Below, piece by piece: positions 14,359-27,455 of a DNA stretch of 64,000 bases; position 1 is the stretch's first letter; every line of letters starts with the position of its first letter. Origin of the DNA: the human T2T-CHM13v2.0 reference genome, Homo sapiens. Location of the stretch: assembly GCF_009914755.1 (NCBI RefSeq), contig NC_060937.1; one strand, given 5' to 3'. Below the pieces are notes generated by a model that was given only the letters and a program-made list of their open reading frames with translations, made no database searches and was not told the origin of the DNA. The translations under genes and the position numbers were made by a program.

Positions 14359-15367
14359 CAGTATCTCTGATAAACATTAATGTGCAAATTCTTAATGAAA
14401 TATAGCAAACTGAATTTAAAAAGATTCTACATTATAGCCAAAAGAAATTTACCTCTGTCAATCAAGGTAGGTTTAACATAGGCAAATAAATCAGTGAGAT
14501 TTATTACATTAACAGACTGAAAGTTTAAAAAAAAAGATCACTTTGATGCAGAAAAAGCATTTAACCAAAGCTAAATGCCCTTTCTTCATAAAAAAATAAA
14601 AAATGAACAAATTGAGCATGGAAGAAAATTTCCTCAAAGCAATTGAGGCCATTGAAAAACACACAGCTAATATCATAATCAATGGAGAAAAACAAATAGC
14701 TTTTTTTCTAAGAGATGGTACAAGGCAAGGTTACCTACTTACACCACTACCTTTTACATAGTACTGGAAGTACTGGCATAGTTTTACGGAAATGAGGGCT
14801 GTATCTTTTCAAGACTCAAAGCATTAGATACCCACAAATATTTGTTAGTACTTTTACATCTATAATTCATTCCATGTGATGCTAAATTGACTATGCTAAA
14901 TTAAATACCTTGAATTGCCATTACTGAAAGAGAAAAACTGGAATCTCACATTTGTGTTTTAAAATTTTTCATTAATACAATAATCATGTTAAATGTATTC
15001 TAATCCCTCATTTGCTACAGGTCCTATTAAAAATAAGGTGATTGAGGGGACATACATATTATTTGGTTTATTTTGCTTTATTTTCTATTCTTATGACTGA
15101 ATTGTTGCTTAAAAAGCAGGAAACCCTATACATAATAATTATTGAATTACTATTGACCAAGAAAAACTAAATAATTTAATACTCTGTCTGTAAAAAATAA
15201 AAAAATTATAAAATTTATGGGAGTGATTGACAAGTGATTTTGGCAGTCTCTTTTTATGAAACGTGGTGCATTCCCAAACCTCTCCTAAGCCATGAAACTC
15301 AGGATATAAATAGATACTGCCAAACAAGTATTTCAACAATTAAAATTACTTACATATACTCTAATTT

Positions 15368-15410
<43 letters not shown>

Positions 15411-16029
15411 GTGTGTGTATGGTTTATTTTGTTATATTTTATATTTTCATTACTGAATTGTTGCTTAAAATTGTGGCTTTTTATATATGTGCATGTGTGA
15501 AAAAGTTGAATCATACATATGTTCTACCTTCTGAGATGTTACTTGCTTTATACTTTTTCTCCTACTATTTCTTTGTCTTGTACAAGTTATTTGTCCGATT
15601 TGTCCACTGAAGAGATAAATTAATTAGACTTTTATCTTTGTATTTTATTGGAGGACATCATCCTATTATTATACATACTGAAACATCAATGATATCATTT
15701 GGAGTTTATATAGTTTATACTTTTCTGCTCCCTAAAATACTTATCTGTGTTTATGATTTATGTTGAAGCTATATCATTAGCTCTACATTAGTAGGAAGAC
15801 TACCCTCCCAAAGAATGACAAGATATCTGTAAACTCAGTGAAAACATTGAATGAATTGAAAAATATGTAACAGAAAAAAGAAAAAGTATTGTGTAGAAAG
15901 TTCGCGTTTTTAAGTGTATTTTTCTATTTATGCTTTTTTCATGTAAATGAGAAGTTAGAATCAGTATATATTAGCATGCCAGTTTCTTCCTTTGTAGCAA
16001 AATGGATGCCTACAGACCAGGATATTATT

Positions 16030-16800
16030 TGTTCATTCAACATATCATTCCTTCACTCTAAAAATAGTAATTGAGTTTCTGTATGTGTTGGACATTGTGT
16101 GATGAAACAGTGAAGCACACTAAAGGAAAAACTTAACATCTATTGTGATGAGGTTTACTAATTAATGGGTGAGATAGGCATTTGTCAACTAGTCACACAT
16201 ATATGTACGTACACACACATGCAAAACTACAACTGAGATAACTGCACAAAGGGGAATTTTTATGCTTTGGATGCATATTGAGAAAGATGACATTTTCCAG
16301 GGAATCAAATAAATGTCCTTTAAAGAAACTGATTTAAAAATTTAGATTGGAAGTAGAGAGTTATCTAAGAGAAAGGGGTATATTGTAAGAAGAAAAGATT
16401 TTTCTAGAGTAAGGAATTCCCTTTGACAGTAGCCTATATGGAGAAAGCATGGAAAACAGTATAACAGAAGCTTAAAGAAGATTACCGAGGTTGGAACAAA
16501 AAGAATTAAAAGGTGTAAGCAGATGAGAGTAAGTAAGTTGAAGAAGCAGGAAGGAATAGGTCAGTGTAGAGCCTTGTGAAACATCTTAAGTACTCATAAC
16601 AAGACACTGAAGTGCTTGAGCTCTTGGTATGGATGGAACATTGGATGAAAAACAATCAACTTTATTATAAAATTATTAATCTGGCCATAGGAGGAGAAAA
16701 CAGGCTGCAGGGAGGTCCACATAAATAAATCCAAATACATATCTTAGAAGGTGAATTGCAGTAGGCAAATTGTTGATGAAAAATTCTTTATCTTGATGAT
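16030..16800 (-). mobile_element. L2 (3' end at left)
   Basis: 'ttcattcaaca..ttgagtttctgtatgtgttggacattgtg' is the antisense L2 3' end, followed by a purine-rich L2 body. Confidence 0.6.
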
Positions 16801-16809
16801 GGTGTAGAT

Positions 16810-17290
16810 TATTCATTCATTTAATGCCAACTTATTAGATCATGCTTCTAGTATATGACAGGTGGACATAAGGAAGTTCATGGAAGTAAGTCCTTCAACA
16901 GGCTGACAGGCTAGGCAGAAGAAAATGATAATTATCTAGTAAATAAATAACATGACAATATAATTTAAGGTAAGAATTACTATTACCGAATAGATTAAAG
17001 TGAGAGGAGAAAGTGTGTTAATAGGAGGAAAGCTATTTTACTGAGGATATACAGGGTAGTCTTCTCTATTGATATCATATTTGAGCAAAAAGACAAATAA
17101 ATTTAAACTATGTCAGGTGGCACAGTCAGATAACAAAGTTCTAGGAAAAACAGGAATTTGTAAATGGCTGAAATGGTTTAAAGAGAAATACCTGAGGATA
17201 TATAAGGGTATGATAGAAAAGTGTGATAGAGGTGACAGTGAGGAATGTTGAATACATTTTTAAAGGTGCTTATATTAATTTACAGAACTC
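16810..17290 (-). mobile_element. Second L2 fragment
   Basis: 'attcattcattt' terminus and a purine-rich L2-like body. Confidence 0.45.
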
Positions 17291-19662
17291 AGTGTGGATA
17301 ACTGATTAGCAAATCAGTTAAAGTAAATTAGCAAGTTTACTTTAGCTGATGTAAAATCTATTTTAACCACATCAGAAATAACATTTGTATAGCAATTACA
17401 TGGGGTCTGCATAATAATCTATACAAATAACCAACAAGAAACAAACAGAAATCCAAGAAATAAAATCCCCGAAAGGCAAGATAGCACACTACTAAGAATG
17501 TGAGCTGATTGTCACAGAGAAATGTTATTGTCACTACAGACAATATTTAGGTGTGGGATATTTGACATATTACTTAAACCCTTGGTTTTAATTCTCTCAC
17601 AATGAATAAATGTAAATGGCAAAAACTAGTATCTTGAATTGAGGTGAATAACAAGATCTTGAGCAACTCAAACTTTACAAGCCTTGCTGTCCTCATATTT
17701 CTATGGAAAAAAGATAGCCAGTCTTTTATTCCAATCCTTTGGGGCTATATATATATTTTAGAATTCCATTTTATTTTGCTTTGTTCTCCATGTTAAGTTT
17801 ATCTACCATAAAATAGACCCAGCATGATCTGTGGCAGCCAACATATTTCTATCTCTTAGTAAAATGGCTGGATTTTCAGACTAATCTGTAAGTTGTCTCA
17901 TGTCAACTCAGGTCAGTTTTTCTGCCTATAGAGTTGCAAAAAAAATTAAATTAAATTTTTTGAATTATTTTTGTATTTCAGTATTGCATTCAAGGAGTTA
18001 TGGGCTTTTAGTAAGACACACAATCTTGCCTTCTAAGAAACAGAAATAACAACGATGTTAATACATACAAAAGCACATTCAAAGTGTTAAAGTGCCAATG
18101 AAATTCAAACTAATTGTGGGAAGAAATGAGCTTTCACTTGAAGTTTTGTTACTAATTAGCTACCCTATAATAACTATAAAACATTTAAAATCATTTTCTC
18201 ATAAATATAATATAAATAAATCTAATAAACACTATATAAATGCAGGCTAGTGCTAAATAAAGAAATATGTATTTACATATTTAATATATATTATATATAT
18301 ATTTTTTCATTTAGGACCTATGCCCCCCGAGGAGGACCAGAAACCATAATACATGTCAAGGTGGGATTTTCTAAATTAGTGCATAAACTGCATCCATCTT
18401 ATTTCCTGTGTATTCTAAAAGAAATTCTATAACATATGATGCATGTAGTCTTTATTTTATATCTGTATAAACAGTGACAATAAGCAGTGACTAGCTCTTG
18501 TCCTTTTATGTTGTATATTACAAGTGCTATTTTGCTTCTTCAGATTGTTTAATATAGTATGATATTAGAAGTTGGTTATGATAGGCATAGGCACATTATA
18601 TCACAACTCCTTCAATCCACTTGCTCAGCTTACTATATTTTTATGTTCCAAATACTCAAACCTGTAAATGACTGTTTCAGTCCTCAGGCTACAAAAAAAG
18701 TTGATGGAGGAAAGTTTTCTCCATGTTATAAAATTCTATGCCACATAAATATTTTACAAGGCTCTTGGGAACTACTGCTACTACATTTTAAAAATGTAGG
18801 TTGATTAAATCTATACCTCCACAGATTGCATGTACTTATTCTTACCCTCCGCCGTCTTTTTTCTCCATCTTACAAAATAGTTCTTTGACCTACAATATAC
18901 TGACCTTTATAATGGGTTGATAAAGAAGCAATCAGGCTGGGGCGAAACTAAAACACAGAATAGTATCCATTATATTATATTGGTTAAACTCAGCAGGCAT
19001 GACAAGTAAAATACTGCTGATTGATTTTTTGACCTTTAAAGAATCTTGTATATAAAGTACATACATTTTGCAATGCTATGTGTGTAATGCTAAAACAAAA
19101 GTTTAATCATATTGGAAATTGACTGCTCATTTTGCTTTTTGTAAGATTATTAATTTCTCTCTCTCTACCATGCTTTTGTTTTACCAATATAATATAATTA
19201 CTTTCTCAAAGTAATCTTTAACAATGGAAACATTTAACTCAAATGACTATTCCATCCCTCAAAAAGAGATATATCAGAAAACATTCATGGCTATTGGTTG
19301 TCTTTTGTAATTCTGTAAATAAGGCAACAGTAGCTCTTAATTATATTTTAAATGAAAGAATTTATTGCCATAATGTTGTTAATTTTTACCTAGCCATTCT
19401 TAGTAAAATTATGTATTCCAATTATTGATTTGTATTACATGGAGAAGAATTCTAATATTTTGTTGATTGTCATTTACAGTTCTATAAGATAGCTAAATCA
19501 CTATCAAAGTTAAACACATCCCTAATTTCTTACCTTTGTAAAGTTAGACATTTATATCTAACATTTGATGGTGATTTTAAAGAAAAGCTCCAAATTTCTT
19601 TATTGAGTTTCTTCTTCTTATTCTCATATCTTAAATGAAACAAAATTTGAAGTTTTGTCTCT

Positions 19663-20053
19663 TACGGGCTGAATTATGCACCCTCAAAAATTTATATGTT
19701 GAAGTATTAACCCCTAGTACCTCCCAAGGTGACCATATTTGGAGATAGAATCTTTATACAGGCAATTCAGTTAAAATGAAGTATCTTGGGTGGGCCTTAA
19801 TCTGATAGGACTGGTGTTCTTCTAAAAAGAGGTAAGTTGTACCCAGCCATCAAAAGAAGGAAGATGATATGAGAACACAAGGAGAAAAAGACAGCTGTCT
19901 ACAAGCCAAGAAAAGAGGCCTGGAACAGACCCTTCCCTTGCAGCTCTCAGAAAGAATCAATTCTGCTAACCCACTGATCTTGAACTTCCAGTCTCCAGAA
20001 TGTGAGAAAATAAATTTCTGTTGTTATAGTCACCAAGTTTCTGAACTAATACA
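19663..20053 (+). mobile_element. MLT1B-like MaLR LTR
   Basis: 'gggctgaattatgcaccctcaaaaatttatatgttgaagt..ctacaagccaag..aataaatttctgttgtt..ctaataca'. Confidence 0.85.
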
Positions 20054-20324
20054 ATGGCCTCATTTGACAATGCCATTGGATTTTCTCTGTTCCTCTAAGC
20101 ATAGCAAAAGATATAGCTGGCAACAGGCAGTCAGTTAAAGCCAACAGTTAGTTTCCAGAAATAATAAAGGAGATTAATATCTTAGGTAATACCATAGTTG
20201 AAGAAAGAAGATGACCAGAAGTAAAAACCATTTGTTCCTCTCTAGGCAGCCAGAAAGTATTGCTTTTTAATTTTTGCTGTTACATGTTTAATGAATATGC
20301 ATTATTATTGAGTGCTTAAAATTG

Positions 20325-20420
20325 AAGAGGCAGCATGATTTAGTGGATAGTCTGAACACCTAAGTTTTCGACTACATTTACTACTGACTCACTACAGTGA
20401 CCTAGTGCAAGTCACTTTAT
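20325..20420 (+). mobile_element. MIR fragment
   Basis: 'gaggcagcatgatttagtgga..gtgacctagtgcaagtcacttta'. Confidence 0.5.
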
Positions 20421-21099
20421 CATCATTATCATTATATTATTATCATTATATTTTTATGACTCAGATGAATCTGGTTTGAACTCATTATTATGGCATGTTT
20501 CTCAGTGGCCCAGCACATCGCAGTCATCTATTATTAGAATAGTAAGCTCCTGAGTACATTGCATGCATTGAAAAATGCTGATATGAAATTGAACAATATT
20601 ATACATTTTCAGTTTCATCAAGGTAGACAGCAATGTGCTGAAAATTAACATCATTGGCCTTCTTTTCCTTCAATTTTTACATTACTTAAGTAGAAGTTAA
20701 TTTTCAGTAATATTCAGAGTTCTACACTTGAAACATTAATTCCAAAAAAGTTTGATCATTTTTCTATTTTTCAAAGGAGATTATGGATCTAAATATTATA
20801 GTTCAATTTTATTTGTTATAACATTAATTAACTAGACATTTTCTATTTCAGTGCAAACATCTCTTTTCTCCATTAAATTTTCATAATAACATATATCTAT
20901 TATTTTATGTTTATGAATTTTTGGCTCATTATTATTATTTTACTTTAGTATATTTATTAGAAGTTATCTTCTCAAATGCTATCCTGTATAAGAATATAAA
21001 TGCTTTAATTAATTTAAACAATAGTGAGAGATATTTGCAATTAGGTAATCATATCTCTGATACATAATCTTATATGTTAAGCTAGAGTTAATTTGTCTT

Positions 21100-21990
21100 A
21101 ATTTTTATTTTTGGATAACTGTAGATTCACATTTAGCTTTAAGCAATAATGTAAAGAGATCCAAGGACCATTTACATAACTTCCTATCGTGCTAGCATCT
21201 TGCAAAAGCATAGCACAATATCACAGTCAGAATATTGACATTGATAGGGTAAGGATGTGCCACATTTCCATTTCTACAAGAATTCCTTATGCTGCCCTTT
21301 TATAGCCATGCTCACTTCACTCCTACCCTATTTCCTCATTAACCCCTCAGAGCCACTAATGTGTTCCCTATGGAATAGATTTAGCGCTTTTTGGTTTTCT
21401 ATAGTCTTATTATTTTAATAATATTACATAAATTAAATCCTACACTGTATACGTTTTTAGTGGTTGGTTGTTTTTTCCTCAGCATATTCTCTAGAGATTG
21501 AGTCAGATCTTTATATATTTCAATAATTTGCTCCTTTTTTATTGCTGAGTAGTATTTTAAAGTGTTTGTATGCCACAATTTGTTTATCCATTTGTCTATT
21601 GAACGACACGACACTAAAGTTGTTTCAATGCTTTGGCTATTGAGAATAAGTTACTGAAAACATTTTTGCAAAGGTTTTTGGATGAACCTGTCTTCATTGC
21701 TCTTAGATGTGTGCTTGTTGGGCAATATTGTAGCTGCATCCCAAACTTTTCCAAGGTGGTTATTTGTAGTTTTTTACATTTCTACTAGCAATATACAAGT
21801 GGCCTAGTTTCTTTGCATCCTTGAGGTATATGGTGCAATTATGTTTTAAATTTTTGTCCTATTTTTATAACTATGTAGCAATATCTCATTATAGCATTAA
21901 TTTAGTTTCCTCAGGTTAATTATGTTGAACATATTTTCTTGTGTCTATTTTTCATCTCCATAGCCTCTTTCTTAAAATTTTTCTTCATGT
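21100..21990 (-). mobile_element. L1MC-like 3' end
   Basis: 'tagattcaca..catcttgcaaaa..atatcacagtcagaatattgacattgata' is typical of the L1MC 3' UTR in antisense. Confidence 0.75.
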
Positions 21991-21994
21991 GACT

Positions 21995-22616
21995 TTTAAA
22001 AATTATGGTTAAAAAACATGAACAAATAAAATGTGAGACCTACCCTCTTAAAAAAAGTAAGCATACAATTGAGTATTGATAACTATAAGCACAACATGTT
22101 GTCCAACAGATCTCTAGAACAGTTTTTATTCTTCTTCATAACTGAAATTTTAGACCCAAGGGTGTTTTAGGTTTCTCACTTGTTGGTCCAAGCAACAGCA
22201 GTGGACACACCTTGGTTATTGTTAGTAATGCTGCAATAAACACGGAGATGCAGATAGCTCCTTGACATGCTGATTTCATTTCCTTTGGGTATATATTCCA
22301 TGAGAATGCTGGATCATGTGTTAATTCTATTTTTAATATAAATTACTGTTTTAATGTAAATTACAATTTTTCACAGCGGTTGCAGCATTTTATATTCCCA
22401 CCAACAAGGAACAAGCGTTCTATCTTCTCCAAATTGACCAACACTTGTTATACATGTAGATACAAATATAATACACTGAGTGACTTAAACAACAAAGTCT
22501 TTTTTTCTCACAATTTTGAAGGCTGGGAAGTCAAAGATCAAGGAGCAGGACAATTCTGTTCCTGGTGAAGGTCCCTTCCTGGTTTGCAGAGGGACACCTT
22601 CTTGCTCTGTCCTCAC

Positions 22617-22658
<42 letters not shown>

Positions 22659-24140
22659 TACCTGGTTTCTCCTCAAGAGTCACAAATCACATCATGGGGT
22701 TTCCACTCATATGACCTCATCTATCCAATTATCTCTCAAAGATTCAACTTCCAAATACCTTCACACTGCATATTGTGGCTTTAACATAAGAAGTTCAGTG
22801 GGGTACGACCATTCAATTCATAGCAAGATCATCCTAATAGTTTTGAGATAATAGCACATGGTGATTTTAATTTGCATTTTCCTGATAATCAGTGATGTTC
22901 AGCATCTTTTCATATAACCGTTGGCCATGTCTGCATCTTCTTTGGAGGAACGTGTACTCGAGTCCTTTGCCCATTTTAAAATTAGATTATTTGTCTTTTT
23001 GCTATTGAGTTGCAGTGATTCCTCATATATTTTGTATATTAACTTTTTATTAGATAAGTAGTTTGCAAATATTTTAATTTGTAGGATGATTTTTAAAATT
23101 CTCTTGATTGTTCCTTTACTGTTCAGAAGGTTTTTAGTTTAATATAGTCCCATTTTTTAATTTTTGCTTTTATTTTCTTTGCTTTTGGTATTACAGTAAA
23201 AAAAAAATATTCCTAAGAACAATATGATGAGGGTTCCCTCTTATGCTTTCTTCTAGGAGTTTTACAGATTCAGGTCTGTGTTTAAGTTTTTAATCAAATT
23301 TGAGTTTATTTTCATGTATAGTGTAAGTTAAAGTCCCAAATTCATTTCTTTTTTTGTTTGTTTGTTTGTGAAAATCCACTTTTCCCAACATCATTTTTTG
23401 AAGAGATGGTCCTTTCTCCACTGTATATGACTAACACCCTTGTGGAAGATAAGCTTACTGTATATGCCTCGGTTCATTTCTGGACTCTTTATTCTGTTCC
23501 ATTGGTTTATATGCCTGTCTTTATGCCAGTACTATACTGTTTTAATTACTGTAGCTATACAATGTGTTTTGAAATTAAGCAACGTGAGGCCTATAGCTTC
23601 AGTATTTATTCTCAAGATTGATTCACCCATTCAGCTATTTGGGGTCATTTATGTTTTCATATGAGTTTTAGATTTTTTAAAAAATATATCATTGGGAGTT
23701 TGGTAGTGAGTACCTTAATTCTATAGATCACTTTAGATGGTGTAGACACTTCCATAATATTATGTCTTTTGATCCATGAACATGGGATTTATTTTCATTT
23801 ATTTGTCTCTTCTCTAATTTCTTTAATCAAAGTTTTGTAGTTTTCAGTGTATAAGCCTTTTATATCCTTGGTTAAGTTTATTCTGTCTCTTTTTGATGTT
23901 ACTATAAATGAGATTGTTTTCTTAGTTTCCTTTTCAGTTGTTCATTATTAGTGTATAGAAATGCAACTGATTTTGTATGTTGATTTTATATACTGTAACT
24001 TTAATAAATTAATCTACTAGTTCTAAAAGGTTTGTGTGTGTGTGTGTGTGTGTTAGACTCTAGGACTTTCTACATATGAGATCATATCATCTGAAAAAAG
24101 AGATAATTTTACTTCTTTCTTTCTGAAATGAAAGACTGTC
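21995..24140 (-). mobile_element. L1MA-like 3' portion (ORF2 C-terminus and 3' UTR), interrupted by an LTR
   Basis: Antisense L1 ('gctgatttcatttcctttgggtatat', 'ccagtactatactgttttaattactgtagct', 'gtgtatagaaatgcaactgatttt'). Confidence 0.85.
22455..22825 (-). mobile_element. MLT1A-like LTR containing (GA)n
   Basis: 'gacttaaacaaca..ctcacaattttgaaggctgggaagtcaaagatcaagg..ttccaaatacc..attcaattcatagca'. Confidence 0.8.
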
Positions 24141-24419
24141 TTTTATTCATGTCATCTTTCATCAATATGGAAAAATATAATAAAAAATGACAATTATAAA
24201 ATGCAGACAATTTTTTTGTTTATTGAGCTCTAAAGATGATATATGCTGAAAAATACCTTCAGGATTGTTGACCTTTACAAAGATCATCATCTGCCTAATT
24301 GTCCCACTCATTTCTTCTCTTTCACTATTCCCATAGTAAAAGATATGAGAGAATAAAAGAATTAAATCAAATTTTTGAAGGATTTCCCAAAATAAAAAAA
24401 AAGCACACATATTACTTTT

Positions 24420-24935
24420 TAAATCAAACTTTTGACTTTGTGATAAAGATTCACATGTGGTTGTAATAAGTGATATAGAAAACCCGATGTACCCTCAACC
24501 CCATTTCCCCTAAGGGCAACATCTTCCAAAATTATATGACAATATCACAACTAGGATATTGACATTGGTACAGAAAAGATGCCTAATGTTTACATTACCA
24601 CAAGAATTCCTCTTTTTTATATCCTACCCACTCCTTAACTTCTGACAACCACTAAACTGCTACCTATTTCCATAATTTTATCATTTCAACAATATTATAA
24701 GAACTGAATCCAACAGTATCCTTTGCGGATTTGTTTTGTTTTTATTTTTTAGACAACATAATACTCTAGAGATTCAAACAGGTTTTTGTGGGGTTTAATA
24801 GTTTGTTTCTATTTATTGTTGAATGCTATTTCATGATATGAATGTACCACAGTTTGGTTAACCAGTCACTTGTTAAAGAACATCTAGATTATTTCCAAGT
24901 TTTGGATATTATAAATAAAGCTATTAAAATAAATG
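24420..24935 (-). mobile_element. L1MC-like 3' end
   Basis: 'caatatcacaactaggatattgacattggtaca', 'gaatgtaccacagtttg'. Confidence 0.7.
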
Positions 24936-25264
24936 TAAAAAAAGGTCAAAGTTATAGTTTAATTATTTATTTAGTTTTACTACGCTCCATTGACTCACCA
25001 AATATAGCTCTGTTGCCATCCCAGCTTCAGAGATTGCCAACTAACAGTCACATATCAGGGGAGCTCAAGAAGAAGGTCTATGCCTGATAGTGATAGGGGA
25101 CCAAGAGGTACAGAGCTAGATATTCCTTTTTTGGTCTCTAGTTCAATGACTTCTGTGATGATATTAGAGTGTGAATGTTAAAATTCCCCAAAGTTGGATA
25201 TAATTCTTTTATGGAATTTGGCGGGGATACAGACTTTATAAAAGTCTGGGTCTTCAGCATTAAT

Positions 25265-27455
25265 AGTAGCATCCTTTCATATTAAAAACCCTCAATAAAT
25301 TAGGCATTGAAGAAATATACTTCAAAATCATAGGCACCATCTATGACAAACCCACAGCCAACATACTGAATGGGCAAAAGCTGAAAGCATTTCTCTTGAA
25401 AACTGGCACAATACAACATAATATTGGAAGTCCTGACCAGAGCAATCAGTCAAGAGAAGGAAATAAAAGATATCTAAATATGAAGAGAGAATGTCAACCT
25501 ATTTCTGTTTGTAGACAACGTGTTTCTAGATGTAGAAAACCCCATTGTCTCTGCTAAAAAGCTTCTTGAGCTTCTGCAAAGTTTCAGAATACAAGATCAG
25601 TGAAGAAAAATCAGTAGCATTCTTATACACCAACAACAGTCAAGTGGAGAGCCAAATCAGAAACACAATTTCATTCACAATTGCCACAAAAAGAATTTAA
25701 AAAATCAAAGAATACAATTACCAAGGGAGTGGAAAGATCTCTACAATGAGAATTACAAAACACCACTCAAAGAAACTGAAGATGACAAAAACAAATAGAA
25801 AAAATATTACATGCTCATGGATAGAAAAAATAAATAGTGTTAAAATGGCCATACTGCTCAAAGCAATTTACAGATTCAATGCTATTCTTATCACACTACC
25901 AATTACATTCTTCACAGAATTAGAAAAAAATATTTTAAAATTTATATGAAACTAGAAAGGAACCTGAAATAGCCAAGGCAACCCTAAGCAAAAAGAACAA
26001 AGCTGCAGGCATCACATTACCTGACTTCAAATTATACTCCAAGACTACAGTAACAAAAACAGTGTGGTATGGTAAAAAGAAAAAGGCATATAAACCAATG
26101 GAACAGAATTGAGAGCCCAGAAATAATGCCACACACCTTCAACCACCTGATCTTCAACAAATCTGACAAAAACAAGAATGGAGAATGGACTCTCTATTCA
26201 ATAAATGGTGCTGCATTTACCTGGCTAGCCACATGCAGAAGATTGAAATTGGATCCCACTCTTTTTCCATATGAAAAATCAACTCAAGATTAATTAAAGA
26301 TTTAAATGTAGAACAGAAAACTGTGAAAACCCTGGAAGTTAACCTAGGAAATATAATTCTGGATATAAGACTTGGCAAAGATTCCATGATGACAACACTA
26401 AAAGCAATTGCAACAAAAAACAGAAGTTAACAAATGAGATCTAATTAAACTAAAGAGCTTCTGCACAGCAAAATAAATGATGAACTGAGTAAACAGACAA
26501 CATGCAGAATGGGACAAAATATATGCAAACTATGCATCCAACAAAGGTCTAATATCCATAATCTATAAGGAACTTAAATTTACAAGCAACAAACAACTCC
26601 ATTAAAAAGTGGGTAAAGAACATGAACAGATACTTTCCAAAAGAAGACATACATGTGGGCAACAAGCATAGGAAAAGACGTTCACCATCACTAATCATTA
26701 GACAAATGCAAGTCAAAAACCACAATGAGATACCATCTTACAGTAGCTACAATGGCTACCATTAACAAGTCAAGAAATCACAGATGTTGGTGAGGATGTG
26801 GACAAAAGGGAACACTTATACACTGCTGATAGGAGTGTGAATTAGTTCAGCCATTGTGGAAAGCAGTGTGACAATTCCTCAGAGAACTCAAAGCAGAATT
26901 ATTTAAGTCAGCTATTCTCCTATTGGGCATGTACCCAAAGGAATATAAATTGTTCTACCCTAAAGACACATGCATATGAATGTTTATTGTGGCACTATTC
27001 ACAATACCAAAGATATGGAATCAACATAAATGCCTATCAATGGTAGGATAGATAAAGCAATGTAGTACAAGTACACAATGGAATAGTATACAGCCATAAA
27101 AAAGAACATGATTATGTCCTTTTCAGCAACATGGATAGACCTAAAGGCCATTATCCTAAGGAAATTAACACAGGAACAGAGAACTACAAACTGCATATTC
27201 TCACTTATAAGTAAGTGAGAGCTAAACAATGAGAACACATGAATACTAGGAGAGGAACAATGGGCAGTGGGGTCTATTTGAAGGTGAAGGGTGGGAGGAG
27301 GAGGAGGATCAGGAAAAATGTCTATCTGGCATTATGCTTATTATCTGGGTGAAAAAAATTATCTAATTTAAACAAGCCAAATTTAGATGTGACACACAGT
27401 TTACCTATATAACAAATCTAAACATGTAACCCAAACCTAGAATAAGTTTTTTTTA
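25265..27455 (+). mobile_element. 5'-truncated L1PA15/16-like element (ORF2 RT to C-terminus, plus 3' UTR)
   Basis: ORF2 fragments ([25 protein letters not shown]; [10 protein letters not shown]) and an old-L1PA 3' UTR. Confidence 0.9.

Larger units (their letters stand above)
10000..14780 (+). mobile_element. Old L1M/L1MA element: 5' UTR (about 10000-11030), ORF1 remnant, ORF2 endonuclease and start of RT; 3'-truncated
   Basis: GC-richer 5' UTR, ORF1-like 'ctgaatgagaaattcaacaaag..ttggagctgaagaattt', and ORF2 motifs up to 'gtactggaagtactggc'. Confidence 0.85.
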
